From a virus (lineage: Duplodnaviria; Caudoviricetes), in IMG/VR virus record IMGVR_UViG_3300050581_000016, positions 1-64,000 of that record: a stretch of 64,000 nt of DNA, one strand, 5' to 3'. The notes beneath the pieces are model-generated. The model saw only the letters and a list, made by a program, of their open reading frames with translations. It was not told where the DNA came from and ran no database searches. The position numbers and the translations under genes were made by a program. This document shows positions 53,475 through 63,470 of the stretch, piece by piece (position 1 is the first letter of the stretch; the number at the start of each line of letters is the position of its first letter).

Positions 53475-53876
53475 ATGAATGAAGTTCCCGTCAAGCGACA
53501 CCGGCTTATCCTTGAGGGCTACGGATGCTCTGACGTGATCGTCCAGGACGTGCATGACTTCCTGATCGAGCTGACCGTGGCGCTCGACATGCGAATCCTC
53601 GTTCCGCCGATGATCGTCCAGGTGCCCATCGTGAAGCCCGCTCCAGGCATGGAGACGGAGGACATCGGCATCAGCGGGCAACTCATCTGGATGGAGTCTG
53701 GCTGCCAGGTGCATCAGTGGACGAAGCATGGGTTCGTCGCAGTGGACATCTTCAGTTGCAAAGCGTTCGCCCAGGCCAAGGCCGAAGACGTCTTCGACAG
53801 ATTTTTCCAGCCGATTACGCTTCGCAGTTGCGTCCCTGTCGTCCAACCCTATACGGCGGGCCTGGACATGCATTGA
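53475..53876 (+). CDS. speD: Pyruvoyl-dependent S-adenosylmethionine decarboxylase-like proenzyme
   Basis: HRLILEGYGC, GISG...MES cleavage site, downstream H (VHQW), VDIFSC. Confidence 0.75.
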   Translation: MNEVPVKRHRLILEGYGCSDVIVQDVHDFLIELTVALDMRILVPPMIVQVPIVKPAPGMETEDIGISGQLIWMESGCQVHQWTKHGFVAVDIFSCKAFAQAKAEDVFDRFFQPITLRSCVPVVQPYTAGLDMH

Positions 53877-53949
53877 GGCGCCGAATTTGGCCCGAATTAG
53901 CCACTTTCTGATGGCGCCCCATACCGTGAACCACTTAAAGGATGGCATC

Positions 53950-54123
53950 ATGGCAACTTCTAGCAATATCGGGCTGTTATTGAAGGCCGTCATTCTGAAG
54001 GCGGGCGGCACCGTCAAACTCACTGACGAGGACATCGACAAGGCCAAGAACGTGAGGCTCGAAGCGGGGCGCTTCATGGACGACCCAGATTCCCTGGTGA
54101 TCCGCATCAAGGAGGGCTTTTGA
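53950..54123 (+). CDS. Small hypothetical protein
   Basis: LLKAVILKAGGTVKLT pattern; ATG 53950. Confidence 0.5.
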   Translation: MATSSNIGLLLKAVILKAGGTVKLTDEDIDKAKNVRLEAGRFMDDPDSLVIRIKEGF

Positions 54124-54359
54124 TTGGACGGCGTGAAGACAATGATCTGGCAGATTTTTGCCCTGGCATTTGCGGGCACGATCCTGTTGAACAGCGCCAA
54201 GGCCCTGTTCGGGCTTTGATGAGGCGCCACATGGTCAAGTGCGAGAAGCCTGATTGCAGGCTGTTCTATCAAGGCGAGTACAAGTGCCTTTGGTGCAAAT
54301 GGTTTAAACGACTTCGGCCCGACCGCTACGAGCCGATCAAACAGCATAGGGAGGCATCA

Positions 54360-54752
54360 ATGAAGAAGCATCTGATCGCCCTGGCGCTCGCTCTCGTCTT
54401 GCTCTTGCCGATGGCGGCCCAAGCTGCCGGGGTCACGGTCTTGGACTTGAGCTGGCAGCCCAACACGGAGTTGAACCTCGCGGGCTACAAGATTTACCTT
54501 CGGAACGCTCATGTGCCGAGTCAGACCATTCTGTTGAAGACAGTGGGCAAGAAGGCCAGCAACATCCCAACGCTGACGTTCACGCTTCCAAGCAGCGGGA
54601 CGTATGTCCTGGTGATGACGGCGTTCAACCAGGCTGGAGTCGAAGGGCTTCCGAGCGCCCCTGCAATCAATCGAGCAACCGGAAAGAGGGCCTCGTGGAG
54701 CGCAAAGGGCGCTGTTCCTGCAACCGTCAAAGGATTGGGTTTCGCCCAGTAA
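54360..54752 (+). CDS. Exported fibronectin type III-like protein
   Basis: Signal peptide then LSWQPNTELNLAGYKIY...Y.LVMTAFN..G.E. Confidence 0.7.
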   Translation: MKKHLIALALALVLLLPMAAQAAGVTVLDLSWQPNTELNLAGYKIYLRNAHVPSQTILLKTVGKKASNIPTLTFTLPSSGTYVLVMTAFNQAGVEGLPSAPAINRATGKRASWSAKGAVPATVKGLGFAQ

Positions 54753-54762
54753 GGAGAGTCAC

Positions 54763-55152
54763 TTGAAAAGATTTCTGTTCGCAATTCTAGCCTGCATCTG
54801 CGCGATCTGCATGCCCTTGACGGCCTATGCCGGGACGACCCCGGTCACACTGGTCTGGGACGCCGTGAGCGCCACCGATCTGGGAGGCTACAACGTCTGG
54901 TTTGTGGACAAGTACGGCGCCCTGCCCTCGGTCAAGCTGGCAAGCGTCGGCAAGGTCACGACCGCGAGCGTAGAGTGCCCGGAGGTCGTAGGCTCAGGCG
55001 CCTTCCAGCTCAAGGTGACGGCCTTTGACGTGGCGACCCAGCCCAACGAAAGCGCCATGAGCGCACCGGCTGTTAAGGCTGACGGCAGCATCTTCGAGCT
55101 GTTTGACCTCACGCCTCCGGCAGCCCCAAAGAACGTCAAGGTCACAAACTAG
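54763..55152 (+). CDS. Exported fibronectin type III-like protein (paralogue)
   Basis: Signal peptide then LVWDAVSATDLGGYNVW...VTAFD...NES...PAAPKNV. Confidence 0.7.
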   Translation: MKRFLFAILACICAICMPLTAYAGTTPVTLVWDAVSATDLGGYNVWFVDKYGALPSVKLASVGKVTTASVECPEVVGSGAFQLKVTAFDVATQPNESAMSAPAVKADGSIFELFDLTPPAAPKNVKVTN

Positions 55153-55164
55153 ACAGGAGGCCAG

Positions 55165-55446
55165 ATGATAGAGAACATACTCATTATGATCGCGGTCATG
55201 ACGGCATCCATCGGCTCGCTGGTGGTTCTTGCGTTTTGCAGGATGGCAAGAATCAGCGAGGCGCTGGGCAACATCGCACACATGATGCACGGCCAGTGTC
55301 AGGTTCAATATCAAAGCGCAGACCTACTGCTCAGGCTGGCCAATGCCGAGGCAGAGCGCCTCAAGCTCGCTAAGGCGTCGGCAAACGCCATCGTTGAGGC
55401 GGTCGTGGGCAAGCAGGCCCAGAACAAACCCGACAGCATCAATTAA
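55165..55446 (+). CDS. Small membrane-anchored protein
   Basis: N-terminal hydrophobic helix then coiled coil; AGGAGG RBS. Confidence 0.55.
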   Translation: MIENILIMIAVMTASIGSLVVLAFCRMARISEALGNIAHMMHGQCQVQYQSADLLLRLANAEAERLKLAKASANAIVEAVVGKQAQNKPDSIN

Positions 55447-55457
55447 GGAGACGACAC

Positions 55458-56990
55458 ATGGCGGACTCAGCCATCAAGAACGCGAAAGTCGGAAGCCTGT
55501 TGACGCGGGTGCATCCGAAGCATGCCGAGTACAGTTTGTCGTGGGTGTTCTTCCTTGAGAGCTACCTGGGCGGGCCGTCATACCTGAGCAAGCACCTGTT
55601 TCAGTATTTCAAGGAGGGCGACGAGGAGTTCGCGGCAAGGAAAGACCGAGCCTACAGGGAGAACCATACCAAGCGGGTCGTTGACCTTGTCAACTCCTAC
55701 CTGTTCAAACAGGAGGCTGGGCGGTCGAGCGACAACGCCCTGGTCAAGAAGTTCTGGGAGAACTTTGACGGGCGCGGCGGCAAGGTCGGGCGCTTCATGA
55801 AGAAGGCGTCGGTCTTTGCGAGCATCATGGGAAGGGTCTACATCGTGTGCGACAAGCGGGGCCTGCCCGAAGAGAGACAGACCGGCACCCAGCTTGACAA
55901 TTTGCAGTCAGAGGCTCAGCCCTACTGCTACTTGGTCTATCCACAGGACTTGCTCGACGTGGGACTTGACGACCAGGGCAGAATGCGGTGGGCGGTCATA
56001 AGGGAATACAAGAGGGACGACGATGACCCGTTTCATTCTACGGGCGACGTCCAGCCCAACTACCGCTTCTGGACGCGAGACGAGTGGACGCTCTATGACG
56101 AGTCGGGCCAAGAGATTGGCGGCGGCCATCACGGGCTTGGCATGGTTCCCATCGTGACGCTCGACAGCGAGGAGCAGGACGACTACACGGGTCAGAGCCT
56201 GGTTGGGGATGTGGCCTATCTCGACAGGGCAATCATGAACAACTGGTCGCGCCTGGATGTCGTCGTGAACGACCAGACCTTCAGCCAACTGATCTTCCCC
56301 GTCGAGGGCCTGCCCGCCGATATCATGGAAGACAAGGAGCTGCGGGAGAAGTTCCTGACCCTGGCGACCAACCGCGTCATTTTGTACTCGGCCCAGGCCC
56401 AGGCGGCCCCGAGTTTCATCAGCCCTGACGCCTCCCAGGCCACTTTCATTCTGGAAATGATCCAGACCCAGGTGAAGCAGCTCTACGCGAGCATGGGCCT
56501 ACAGGGCGAAACCGGCGTTGAAGTCAAGACCCAATCCGGCGTGTCGAAGGGCTACGACTTCGAGAAGCTCAACAAGCTCCTGGCCAATAAGGCCGACAAC
56601 CTGGAGCAGGCCGAGGATAAGATTCTGGACATTTTCAGGGGCTGGATGGGCGGCATCAATGCCGAGGCGAAGGTTGAGTATCCTGACGAGTTCGATGTCA
56701 AGAGTCTTTCCGACGAGATCACGATGGCCCAGGAGCTGACCCTCATGGGCATCAGCGAAACATTCACCAAGGAGCTTCACAAGAGCATCGCGGCCAAGGT
56801 TCTGAACAAGACCGACCAGCCCACGATGCAAAAGATCAATCAGGAGATCGACGACAGGGACATTGCTGCCGAAGAGGCTGCCAAGAAGCCGGTCTTCGAC
56901 TTCGACCAGCAAGGGAAGCCACCGGCACCTGGCGATCAGAAGATTAAGCCCGGAGACCAGAAGATTGACCAGAAGAAAAGGCGGCCCTGA
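55458..56990 (+). CDS. Portal protein
   Basis: 510 aa after terL; GMVPIV clip-region motif, SGVSKGYDF, VEYPDEFDV stem pattern typical of SPP1-like portals. Confidence 0.8.
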   Translation: MADSAIKNAKVGSLLTRVHPKHAEYSLSWVFFLESYLGGPSYLSKHLFQYFKEGDEEFAARKDRAYRENHTKRVVDLVNSYLFKQEAGRSSDNALVKKFWENFDGRGGKVGRFMKKASVFASIMGRVYIVCDKRGLPEERQTGTQLDNLQSEAQPYCYLVYPQDLLDVGLDDQGRMRWAVIREYKRDDDDPFHSTGDVQPNYRFWTRDEWTLYDESGQEIGGGHHGLGMVPIVTLDSEEQDDYTGQSLVGDVAYLDRAIMNNWSRLDVVVNDQTFSQLIFPVEGLPADIMEDKELREKFLTLATNRVILYSAQAQAAPSFISPDASQATFILEMIQTQVKQLYASMGLQGETGVEVKTQSGVSKGYDFEKLNKLLANKADNLEQAEDKILDIFRGWMGGINAEAKVEYPDEFDVKSLSDEITMAQELTLMGISETFTKELHKSIAAKVLNKTDQPTMQKINQEIDDRDIAAEEAAKKPVFDFDQQGKPPAPGDQKIKPGDQKIDQKKRRP

Positions 56991-57085
56991 AGGCAGCCTA
57001 GCACGAACCGTAGAAGTTCATTGTGAGGCCCGTCAGGCAGGTTCTGACGGGCTTTTTCATTCAACCTTAACAGGAGACAGGCAAC

Positions 57086-57877
57086 ATGACGGAAGAGGAA
57101 AAGAAGGCCCTTGAGGAGAAGGAAAGGCTGGAGGCCGAGCGCAAGAAAAAGGAGCAGGAGGACAAGACCTACTCCGAAGCTTACGTCAAGGGCATTCGGG
57201 ACGAGGCGGCCAAGTACCGCACGAAGCTCCGTGACGTCGAGGAACGGCTGTCCAAGTTCGACGGGATCGACCCAGCCGAGCTGCTCAAGCTCAAGGAAGA
57301 GAAAGAGCTGGCCGAGAAGAGGAAGCTCGAAGAGCAGGGCAAGTGGGAAGAGCTGAAGACCAACATGGTCAAGGCGCACCAGGACGAGCTGGCCAAGAAG
57401 GACGAGGCCATCAAGCAGGCCCAGGTGAAGTATGAGGCCCTGGAGGCCCAGTACAACGACGCGATCCTGACCAACGCCATCGCGGTGGAAGCCTCGATGG
57501 CCAAGGCCCTGAATCCGTCCGTCCTGAAGCTGGTCGTGGCCCAGGAGGCCAAGGTCGAAGTGCTGGAGAACGGGCAGCGGGTCATCAAGCTCTACAAGCC
57601 CGATGGCCAGGTGAAGCTCGACATGAAAACCGGCGAGCCGCTCTCGATCAAGCAGCGTCTGGAAGAGATGAAGCAGGACTCCGAGTACGCCATGCTCTTT
57701 GAAGGGGCGACGGGCGGCGCTGGCAGCAACACCTCCCAGGGCACCCAGAAGAACGTGAACCCCTGGAAGAAGGAAACCTTCAACCTCACGAAACAGGGCC
57801 AGATTTATCGGGAGAATCCCGAATTGGCCAAGCGACTCGCAGCCGAGGCGGGCGCCACCATCGGCTACGGCGCGTAG
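57086..57877 (+). CDS. Capsid scaffolding protein
   Basis: Coiled coil with YSEAYVKGIRDEAAKYR, C-terminal NPWKKETFNLTKQG; between portal and MCP. Confidence 0.8.
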   Translation: MTEEEKKALEEKERLEAERKKKEQEDKTYSEAYVKGIRDEAAKYRTKLRDVEERLSKFDGIDPAELLKLKEEKELAEKRKLEEQGKWEELKTNMVKAHQDELAKKDEAIKQAQVKYEALEAQYNDAILTNAIAVEASMAKALNPSVLKLVVAQEAKVEVLENGQRVIKLYKPDGQVKLDMKTGEPLSIKQRLEEMKQDSEYAMLFEGATGGAGSNTSQGTQKNVNPWKKETFNLTKQGQIYRENPELAKRLAAEAGATIGYGA

Positions 57878-58028
57878 CACATCACCACGGATTAAGGGCG
57901 GGCTGGTTCCCGCCCCTTCCTTTTGGCTTGATGCCACCTCCACCGGCATGACGCCGGGGCAACTCGTTTTTCAAACCAATCCAAACCAATAGCAACACCA
58001 CTCAAAAGTCCAAAAGGAGGACATTGAA

Positions 58029-59039
58029 ATGGCTGCGACCAAAGTTAGCGACATCATCATTCCCGACGTATGGGTTCCCTACGTCATTCAGCGCACGATG
58101 GAAAAGAGCGCCCTCATCCAGAGCGGCATCGTCGTGCCCAACGCCGTTTTTGACGAACTGGCCAGAAAGGGCGGCAACCTCATCAACATGCCTTATTTCA
58201 GCGATCTGAGCGGCGACGACGAAGTGCTGTCCGATTCTCTGGCTCTGTCGCCTGGAGCCATCGGAACCGCTCAGGATGTGGCCGTTCTGCACATGAGAGG
58301 CCGCGCCTGGGGCGTGAACGATCTGGCCAAGGCCCTGTCCGGTGACGATCCCATGAGCGCCATCGCCGACCTCGTGGCGAGCTACTGGAATCGGCGCGAG
58401 CAGGCTCTTCTGTTCGCCACCCTCAAGGGCATCTTCACCACGGCCCTGGCTTCCACGCACGTCAAGGACGTCGCAGTCGAGGCCGGTGCGAGCGCGACGG
58501 AAGACAACCTGATCGGCGGCACCGTGGTCATCGACGCGGCGACCCTTCTTGGCGACGAAGCCGAGGGCCTGACCGCAATGGCCATGCACTCCGTTCCGTT
58601 CAGCAGGCTTCAGAAGCTGAGCCTGATCGAGTACGTCGAACTCGACAGCAACGGCAAGCGCGTTGAGGCGAAGTCTGCCGAAACGATCACCGTCCCGATG
58701 TTCCTGGGCAAGCGCGTGATCGTGGACGATACCTGTCCCAAGGTTGCCGGTTCGACCAGCGGGTACAAGTACACCACCTATCTCTTTGGCCCCGGAGCCA
58801 TCGCGCGTGGTGAAGGCAACGCCCCCGTTCCGGTTGAAACCGACCGCGACAGCCTGGCCGGTGAGGACTATCTCATCCATCGGCGCCATTTCGTGCTGCA
58901 CCCCAGAGGGGTCAAGTACAACAAGGCGTCTCAGGCTGGACAGGCCCCGACCAATGCCGAATGCGAAACCGGCTCCAACTGGACGAAAGTCTGGGAAGCC
59001 AAGGCCATTCGCATAGTCAAGCTCGTGACCAACGGCTAA
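58029..59039 (+). CDS. Major capsid protein
   Basis: 336 aa, TKVSDIIIPDVWVPYV, INMPYFSDL, FLGKRVIVDD, ETDRD...HPRG; follows scaffold, followed by terminator. Confidence 0.85.
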   Translation: MAATKVSDIIIPDVWVPYVIQRTMEKSALIQSGIVVPNAVFDELARKGGNLINMPYFSDLSGDDEVLSDSLALSPGAIGTAQDVAVLHMRGRAWGVNDLAKALSGDDPMSAIADLVASYWNRREQALLFATLKGIFTTALASTHVKDVAVEAGASATEDNLIGGTVVIDAATLLGDEAEGLTAMAMHSVPFSRLQKLSLIEYVELDSNGKRVEAKSAETITVPMFLGKRVIVDDTCPKVAGSTSGYKYTTYLFGPGAIARGEGNAPVPVETDRDSLAGEDYLIHRRHFVLHPRGVKYNKASQAGQAPTNAECETGSNWTKVWEAKAIRIVKLVTNG

Positions 59040-59048
59040 TCACCTGTT

Positions 59049-59070
59049 AAGGGCCGGGAAACCGGCCCTT
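59049..59070 (+). terminator. AAGGGCCGG-GAAA-CCGGCCCTT hairpin after MCP
   Basis: Perfect 9-bp stem. Confidence 0.65.
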
Positions 59071-59093
59071 GCGCCTAAAGAAGGAGCAATATC

Positions 59094-59513
59094 ATGGCAG
59101 GACACGATGATTTTCCGGTGGGAAGCTCTTTTGAGGATCGCTACCTCATGCAGCGAGCCATGTGCGGTGACATGGTTTTCTCGATCACGCCCGCAACCGT
59201 TGCCGGAGTCGCAGGCACAGGCAAGGCGGCGTCCAGTAGGACCGTCACCATTGAACTGAAGACGGCGGACGGCGAAGTGCATCACTGGTTTAACAAGGCC
59301 ATCGCCAATGGCGTGAGCATCGCAGATACCACGACTCCAGCGGCAACCATCCCGAGCACTACCCTGACCTTCGTGAAGGGCGTGGCAACGGTTGTAATCA
59401 CCCTTCCCGAGGGTGATTACGTCGCGGATCAAACCAACACCCTGACCGTGGCTCAGGCAACCGTCCTCGGATACACCATCGCACAGAAGACGAGCGTTCA
59501 GACCTTCGCGTAA
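59094..59513 (+). CDS. Probable capsid decoration / Ig-like head protein
   Basis: Thr/Val-rich beta protein directly after MCP. Confidence 0.55.
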   Translation: MAGHDDFPVGSSFEDRYLMQRAMCGDMVFSITPATVAGVAGTGKAASSRTVTIELKTADGEVHHWFNKAIANGVSIADTTTPAATIPSTTLTFVKGVATVVITLPEGDYVADQTNTLTVAQATVLGYTIAQKTSVQTFA

Positions 59514-59584
59514 ATCTTCAGCAGCAACCATTAAGGGCTGGGCAACCGGCCCTTTATTTTCAGGAGACAATAAGGAGATTTGAC

Positions 59585-59734
59585 ATGGGCTTGGCAGGAT
59601 TCAATCGAGCGAGGCGGCTCGCGGCAGAGAAAGAGGCCCAGGAGCAGGCGTCCAAGAAGAAAACCAAGCGCACCAAGGCGGCCAAAGAACCCCAGGCGCC
59701 CCAGGAAGCCGAAACATCGGTCGAGAAGGAATAG
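59585..59734 (+). CDS. Small K/E-rich head-region protein (49 aa, below ORF-track cutoff)
   Basis: AAGGAG RBS, MGLAGFNRARR...VEKE-stop. Confidence 0.5.
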   Translation: MGLAGFNRARRLAAEKEAQEQASKKKTKRTKAAKEPQAPQEAETSVEKE

Positions 59735-59750
59735 CCACGGGAGGTAGATC

Positions 59751-60233
59751 ATGGCCGTAACAGTTGACGCAACCAAGGGCGGGCTGAACTCGAACAGCTA
59801 CGCCACCGTCGAAGAGGCCGACGCTTTCCTCAACACCATCTACGGGGCCGACGAATGGGCGTCGCTGGGCGCCGACGACAAGGCCAGACTTTTGATAACG
59901 GCAACAAGATTCATTGACAGGCTCTCCGTGACCTACTCCAGCATCGACGTCAGTCAGGCCCTGAACTTCCCATTGGACACCGGAAGCCTGGACGGCGACG
60001 ACGGCTTCGCGCAGGCAAAGCGGGCCTGCATCATCCAGGCGTTCTATTTGTTCCGAAACAACGACACCATCGGAGAGGCCCAGAACATGGCCATCCAGGG
60101 CGTCAAGCAGGAGGGCATCGGGCCGACCAACAAGATCATCACCGGCTTCAACTCGATGCGGAAATACGACCCAGATGTCTATCGGATACTTGGCCGGTTC
60201 CTCTACCTGGACTTCAAGATCGGGAGGGGATGA
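59751..60233 (+). CDS. Head-tail adaptor (DnaT-like fold family)
   Basis: NSYATVEEADAFL...W...KARLLITATRFID...LNFP. Confidence 0.7.
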   Translation: MAVTVDATKGGLNSNSYATVEEADAFLNTIYGADEWASLGADDKARLLITATRFIDRLSVTYSSIDVSQALNFPLDTGSLDGDDGFAQAKRACIIQAFYLFRNNDTIGEAQNMAIQGVKQEGIGPTNKIITGFNSMRKYDPDVYRILGRFLYLDFKIGRG

Positions 60234-60511
60234 TGGGTGAGTTTCTTTGTCCCGACTGCGGAAGACAGGTCGAAACGCCTCATTTTTGCGAGTGCAACCC
60301 AGGCGGCATTGAGTTCAACATCACGATCCCGCTGGGCAGGAAAGAGCCTGAAAGTCACTCGCCGGCCGATCCCTACGCCGAGCAAAAGGCTCATTTTCAG
60401 CAGCAGCTCGACGACTACTACATCACCCAGGAAGAGTATGACTGCCACATGCAGCACATCGAGCGCTACGAGAAGCTCTGGCGCACGCTCAACGGCAAGG
60501 AGGAAGACTGA
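60230..60511 (+). CDS. Hypothetical protein
   Basis: CPDC...C.C; overlaps both neighbours. Confidence 0.5.
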   Translation: MMGEFLCPDCGRQVETPHFCECNPGGIEFNITIPLGRKEPESHSPADPYAEQKAHFQQQLDDYYITQEEYDCHMQHIERYEKLWRTLNGKEED

Positions 60512-60759
60512 TGGAGTGGATTCTTAGCAAGCTCGTCCAGAGCTGGGAAGTCATTCAGCAGATTGCTGATTGGGCCGACCACAACGTCCTGGCGGCCATG
60601 TTCTTCGGCTATCTGTTCGTGAGGATCGCGGGCTACATCGTCAAGATCACCCCGAACAAGTACGACGACCTGTGCTTCGACATCGTGGTCGATGCGGTCA
60701 AGGGCGCCTGGGACAAGGTGCAGGCGGTGAAAGGCGGGCCTTTCAAGAAGGGCAAATAG
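60511..60759 (+). CDS. Small membrane protein, possible holin
   Basis: One hydrophobic helix followed by KITPNKYDD and basic C-terminus. Confidence 0.5.
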   Translation: MEWILSKLVQSWEVIQQIADWADHNVLAAMFFGYLFVRIAGYIVKITPNKYDDLCFDIVVDAVKGAWDKVQAVKGGPFKKGK

Positions 60760-60760
60760 C

Positions 60761-61681
60761 ATGGGCGCAATCGCCGATTTCCTCAACCGCTATGCGGGCA
60801 CGGACACGGTCGCAAGCGAGCTGACCGCAAAGGCCCAGGAGGGCATGCTCAAGCTCTACGAGGACGCCTGGCTTCGCATCTGCAAGGCCCTGGACGCCGC
60901 CCGCAAGGACAGCCTGAGCTTCGCCACCTACAGCCACCAGACCCAGCTCCTCAAACAGGTCGGGCAGCTCATTGACGACATGAAGGGCGGCCTGACCGAC
61001 TACCTGGCCAAGGCCATGAGCGAGGCAGCCAAGACGGCGACCTCTGGTGCCGTCAAGGACATGCACCTGGTCGGCGACAAGCTGGCCAACCCTGCATCGT
61101 GGCACTTCAAGTTCAACCAGGATTGGGTCGAAATGGCCTTCCGCGACAGCTACGACCACATCGCCGCTCAGACCGACAAGATGAAGGCCGACTTTAAGGC
61201 CCTGCTCAGGCAGGAGGCCACGGAGGTCTTCAGGAAGGCGGCGGTCGAGGGAATCAGCAGGCGGCAGGCGACCCAGGAGCTTCGGGACAAGCTGCTTTCC
61301 AAGGAGCCGACCTTCCAGTTCGTTGACAAGGCCGGTCGGGCCTGGGACTTGCGGGACTACCTGGGCATGCTCACCACGACCGTCATGCACAACACCATGA
61401 ACGAGTGCTACGTCAACACCATGACCAACGAGGGCAAAGACCTCGTGGCCATCAGCGCCCACGGCGCGACGGACAGGTGCGGGCCGTGGGAGGGCCAGGT
61501 CATCAGCCTCACGGGCGCGACGACCGGCTACCCGACCCTGGGTGAAGTGCGGGGCAGCGGCGACATCTTCCATCCAAGATGCAAGCACAGGCTCGTGGCC
61601 TACACCCCGAAGATCACTGAAATCTTCAAGCGGGTCGCGGCTGGCGAGAGCGACGAGGAAATTCTGGAAGCCATCAAATAG
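60761..61681 (+). CDS. Minor capsid protein (Phage_min_cap2 / MuF-like)
   Basis: FVDKAGRAWDL..Y..M, SAHG...C.PWEGQV, FHPRCKH. Confidence 0.75.
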   Translation: MGAIADFLNRYAGTDTVASELTAKAQEGMLKLYEDAWLRICKALDAARKDSLSFATYSHQTQLLKQVGQLIDDMKGGLTDYLAKAMSEAAKTATSGAVKDMHLVGDKLANPASWHFKFNQDWVEMAFRDSYDHIAAQTDKMKADFKALLRQEATEVFRKAAVEGISRRQATQELRDKLLSKEPTFQFVDKAGRAWDLRDYLGMLTTTVMHNTMNECYVNTMTNEGKDLVAISAHGATDRCGPWEGQVISLTGATTGYPTLGEVRGSGDIFHPRCKHRLVAYTPKITEIFKRVAAGESDEEILEAIK

Positions 61682-61692
61682 GGCAAGGAGGG

Positions 61693-62028
61693 GTGATGCA
61701 GTTCAACAAGAAGATCGCGGTCACATACAACACCCGAAACGAGCACGACGAACTTGAGCCGGTGGAAGACAAGGAGCTGCGGTGCTGCATCATCGAGCAA
61801 CACAGGAGCACCCAGGAAACGGGCGACGGCAAGCGCAGGGCCTACGACCTCAAGTTCATCGTGAGCAACCGATCTTTCGCGCCGTACAAAGACCTGTTCA
61901 CTTCCGACACGCTCACCTTCACCTACGATGGCGTCCAGTACGATCCGGTGCTCCTGACCAGCATCAATGAGTCCAGCGGCAAGGTCAAGTATTACGAAGT
62001 AAGGCTTGCTGAGAAACGAGTGCAGTGA
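61693..62028 (+). CDS. Probable head-closure protein
   Basis: 111-aa beta-rich ORF in head-tail position. Confidence 0.55.
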   Translation: MMQFNKKIAVTYNTRNEHDELEPVEDKELRCCIIEQHRSTQETGDGKRRAYDLKFIVSNRSFAPYKDLFTSDTLTFTYDGVQYDPVLLTSINESSGKVKYYEVRLAEKRVQ

Positions 62029-62459
62029 TGGAGATCAAACTTGATTTCGGGCCTGGGATAGCGGCCATGACCAAGAAGATCGGCGCCATAGGCACCAAGA
62101 CCTATGCGGCGGCGGCAAAGATCATCGACGACGTGACCGACAACCTGCAAGCCGAAACGATCAAGCGCGTCCCCATTGACAAGGGCCTTCTCCAGCAGTC
62201 CATCGACAAGACTGTCGAACACAACACTTTTGCGAGCGAGATCACTGGGCACGTTTTCGTTCCGGCCAATGCACCGGCCAAGGACTATGCGCTCTACATG
62301 CACGAGCTGGAGTATAACCTGGGGGCCGCATCGCTTCAGAAGCAGGCGGGGCAGCCCGAGAAGGTCGGTCGCAAGTACATGGAGCGGGCCTTTGAAGAGA
62401 ATAAGCGGGCCTACGAACTCTACATCGTGAGCGAGCTAAGGAGGGCAATCGGTGTTTAG
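62025..62459 (+). CDS. HK97 gp10-like tail completion / neck protein
   Basis: VPIDKGLLQQS, YALYMHE, KYMERAF. Confidence 0.7.
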   Translation: MMEIKLDFGPGIAAMTKKIGAIGTKTYAAAAKIIDDVTDNLQAETIKRVPIDKGLLQQSIDKTVEHNTFASEITGHVFVPANAPAKDYALYMHELEYNLGAASLQKQAGQPEKVGRKYMERAFEENKRAYELYIVSELRRAIGV

Positions 62460-62832
62460 CACAGTTCTGACAACCGTCCTGGCCGATGCCGGTCTTGGCC
62501 TCGTCAAGGGGCAGAACCTATTCAGCGAGCAGGCGAGCGTCGCCCAGTGCGTCCTGGTCAAGACCACGAGGGTCGAAGACATCGACCAGGCCATCCCGGA
62601 CATTCAGAGGGCCGTCGTACAGGTCTTGGTCAAGGGATACGCCATCGAGGAGGGGTTCGCTTTGGCAGACAACGCCGTGAAGGCCCTTGAGTCCCTTTCT
62701 GGCGCGTTCTCTGATGGGGCGGCACAATACGGCATAAAGTCGGTCATCGTGCGAAATAGGCCCGTTTTCGTGGCCTACGGCGGCGAGAAAGCCTACTCCG
62801 CAAACCTGGAGTTCTTCTACTCCATCGCATAG
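62452..62832 (+). CDS. Probable tail terminator
   Basis: QRAVVQVLVKG...YSANLEF; immediately before tail tube genes. Confidence 0.6.
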   Translation: MFSTVLTTVLADAGLGLVKGQNLFSEQASVAQCVLVKTTRVEDIDQAIPDIQRAVVQVLVKGYAIEEGFALADNAVKALESLSGAFSDGAAQYGIKSVIVRNRPVFVAYGGEKAYSANLEFFYSIA

Positions 62833-62937
62833 CGGCAACAAACCATAGACCGCCCTGGCGGCATCTACTTCACCGCATCCAGCAATGGATTGCGGGTTTT
62901 GTTTTCACAATCAATCCAACGAAAGGAGCAACACAGC

Positions 62938-63438
62938 ATGGCAGGTGTGGCGCAAGACGTGAAAATGGGCGTTTGTACGGTTGAGTTTGATACCGCTGAT
63001 CTGGGATATACCAGCGGCGGGGTCAAGATCAGCTACAAGGCCGAAACCAAAGAGAAGACGGTCGATCAGGAGGATGCGCCGGTTGACGTCATCGTGATCG
63101 GACAGTCAATTGAAGTGACCGTTCCATTGGCCGAGCAGAATCTCTCCAGGCTGGCCGACCTCCTCCCCGGCGCGACGTACACGCTCGATGCGACCAAGAA
63201 GAAGATGGTCTTGAGCGGCGCGGCAGGATCGAGCCTTCTGACCCTGGCAAAAGAGCTGGTCGTGAAGCCCGTTGGCGGGACGGCGAACGATTGGGTCACG
63301 ATCCACCATGCGGTTCCCCAGCCGTCGATGGAGTTCAGCTACGACAAGGACAAGCAGCGCATCTACGAGGTCGTGTTCAAGGGCGTCAAGGGCACGAACG
63401 GTTTTGTAACCTTCGGCGACGAAACGGCAGCGCCCTAA
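62938..63438 (+). CDS. Major tail (tube) protein, copy 1
   Basis: DLGYTSGGVKISYK...FSYDKDKQRIYEVVFKG; siphovirus tube pattern. Confidence 0.75.
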   Translation: MAGVAQDVKMGVCTVEFDTADLGYTSGGVKISYKAETKEKTVDQEDAPVDVIVIGQSIEVTVPLAEQNLSRLADLLPGATYTLDATKKKMVLSGAAGSSLLTLAKELVVKPVGGTANDWVTIHHAVPQPSMEFSYDKDKQRIYEVVFKGVKGTNGFVTFGDETAAP

Positions 63439-63470
63439 GCCGTGACGCGGCTCAATGAAAGGAGCTGAAC

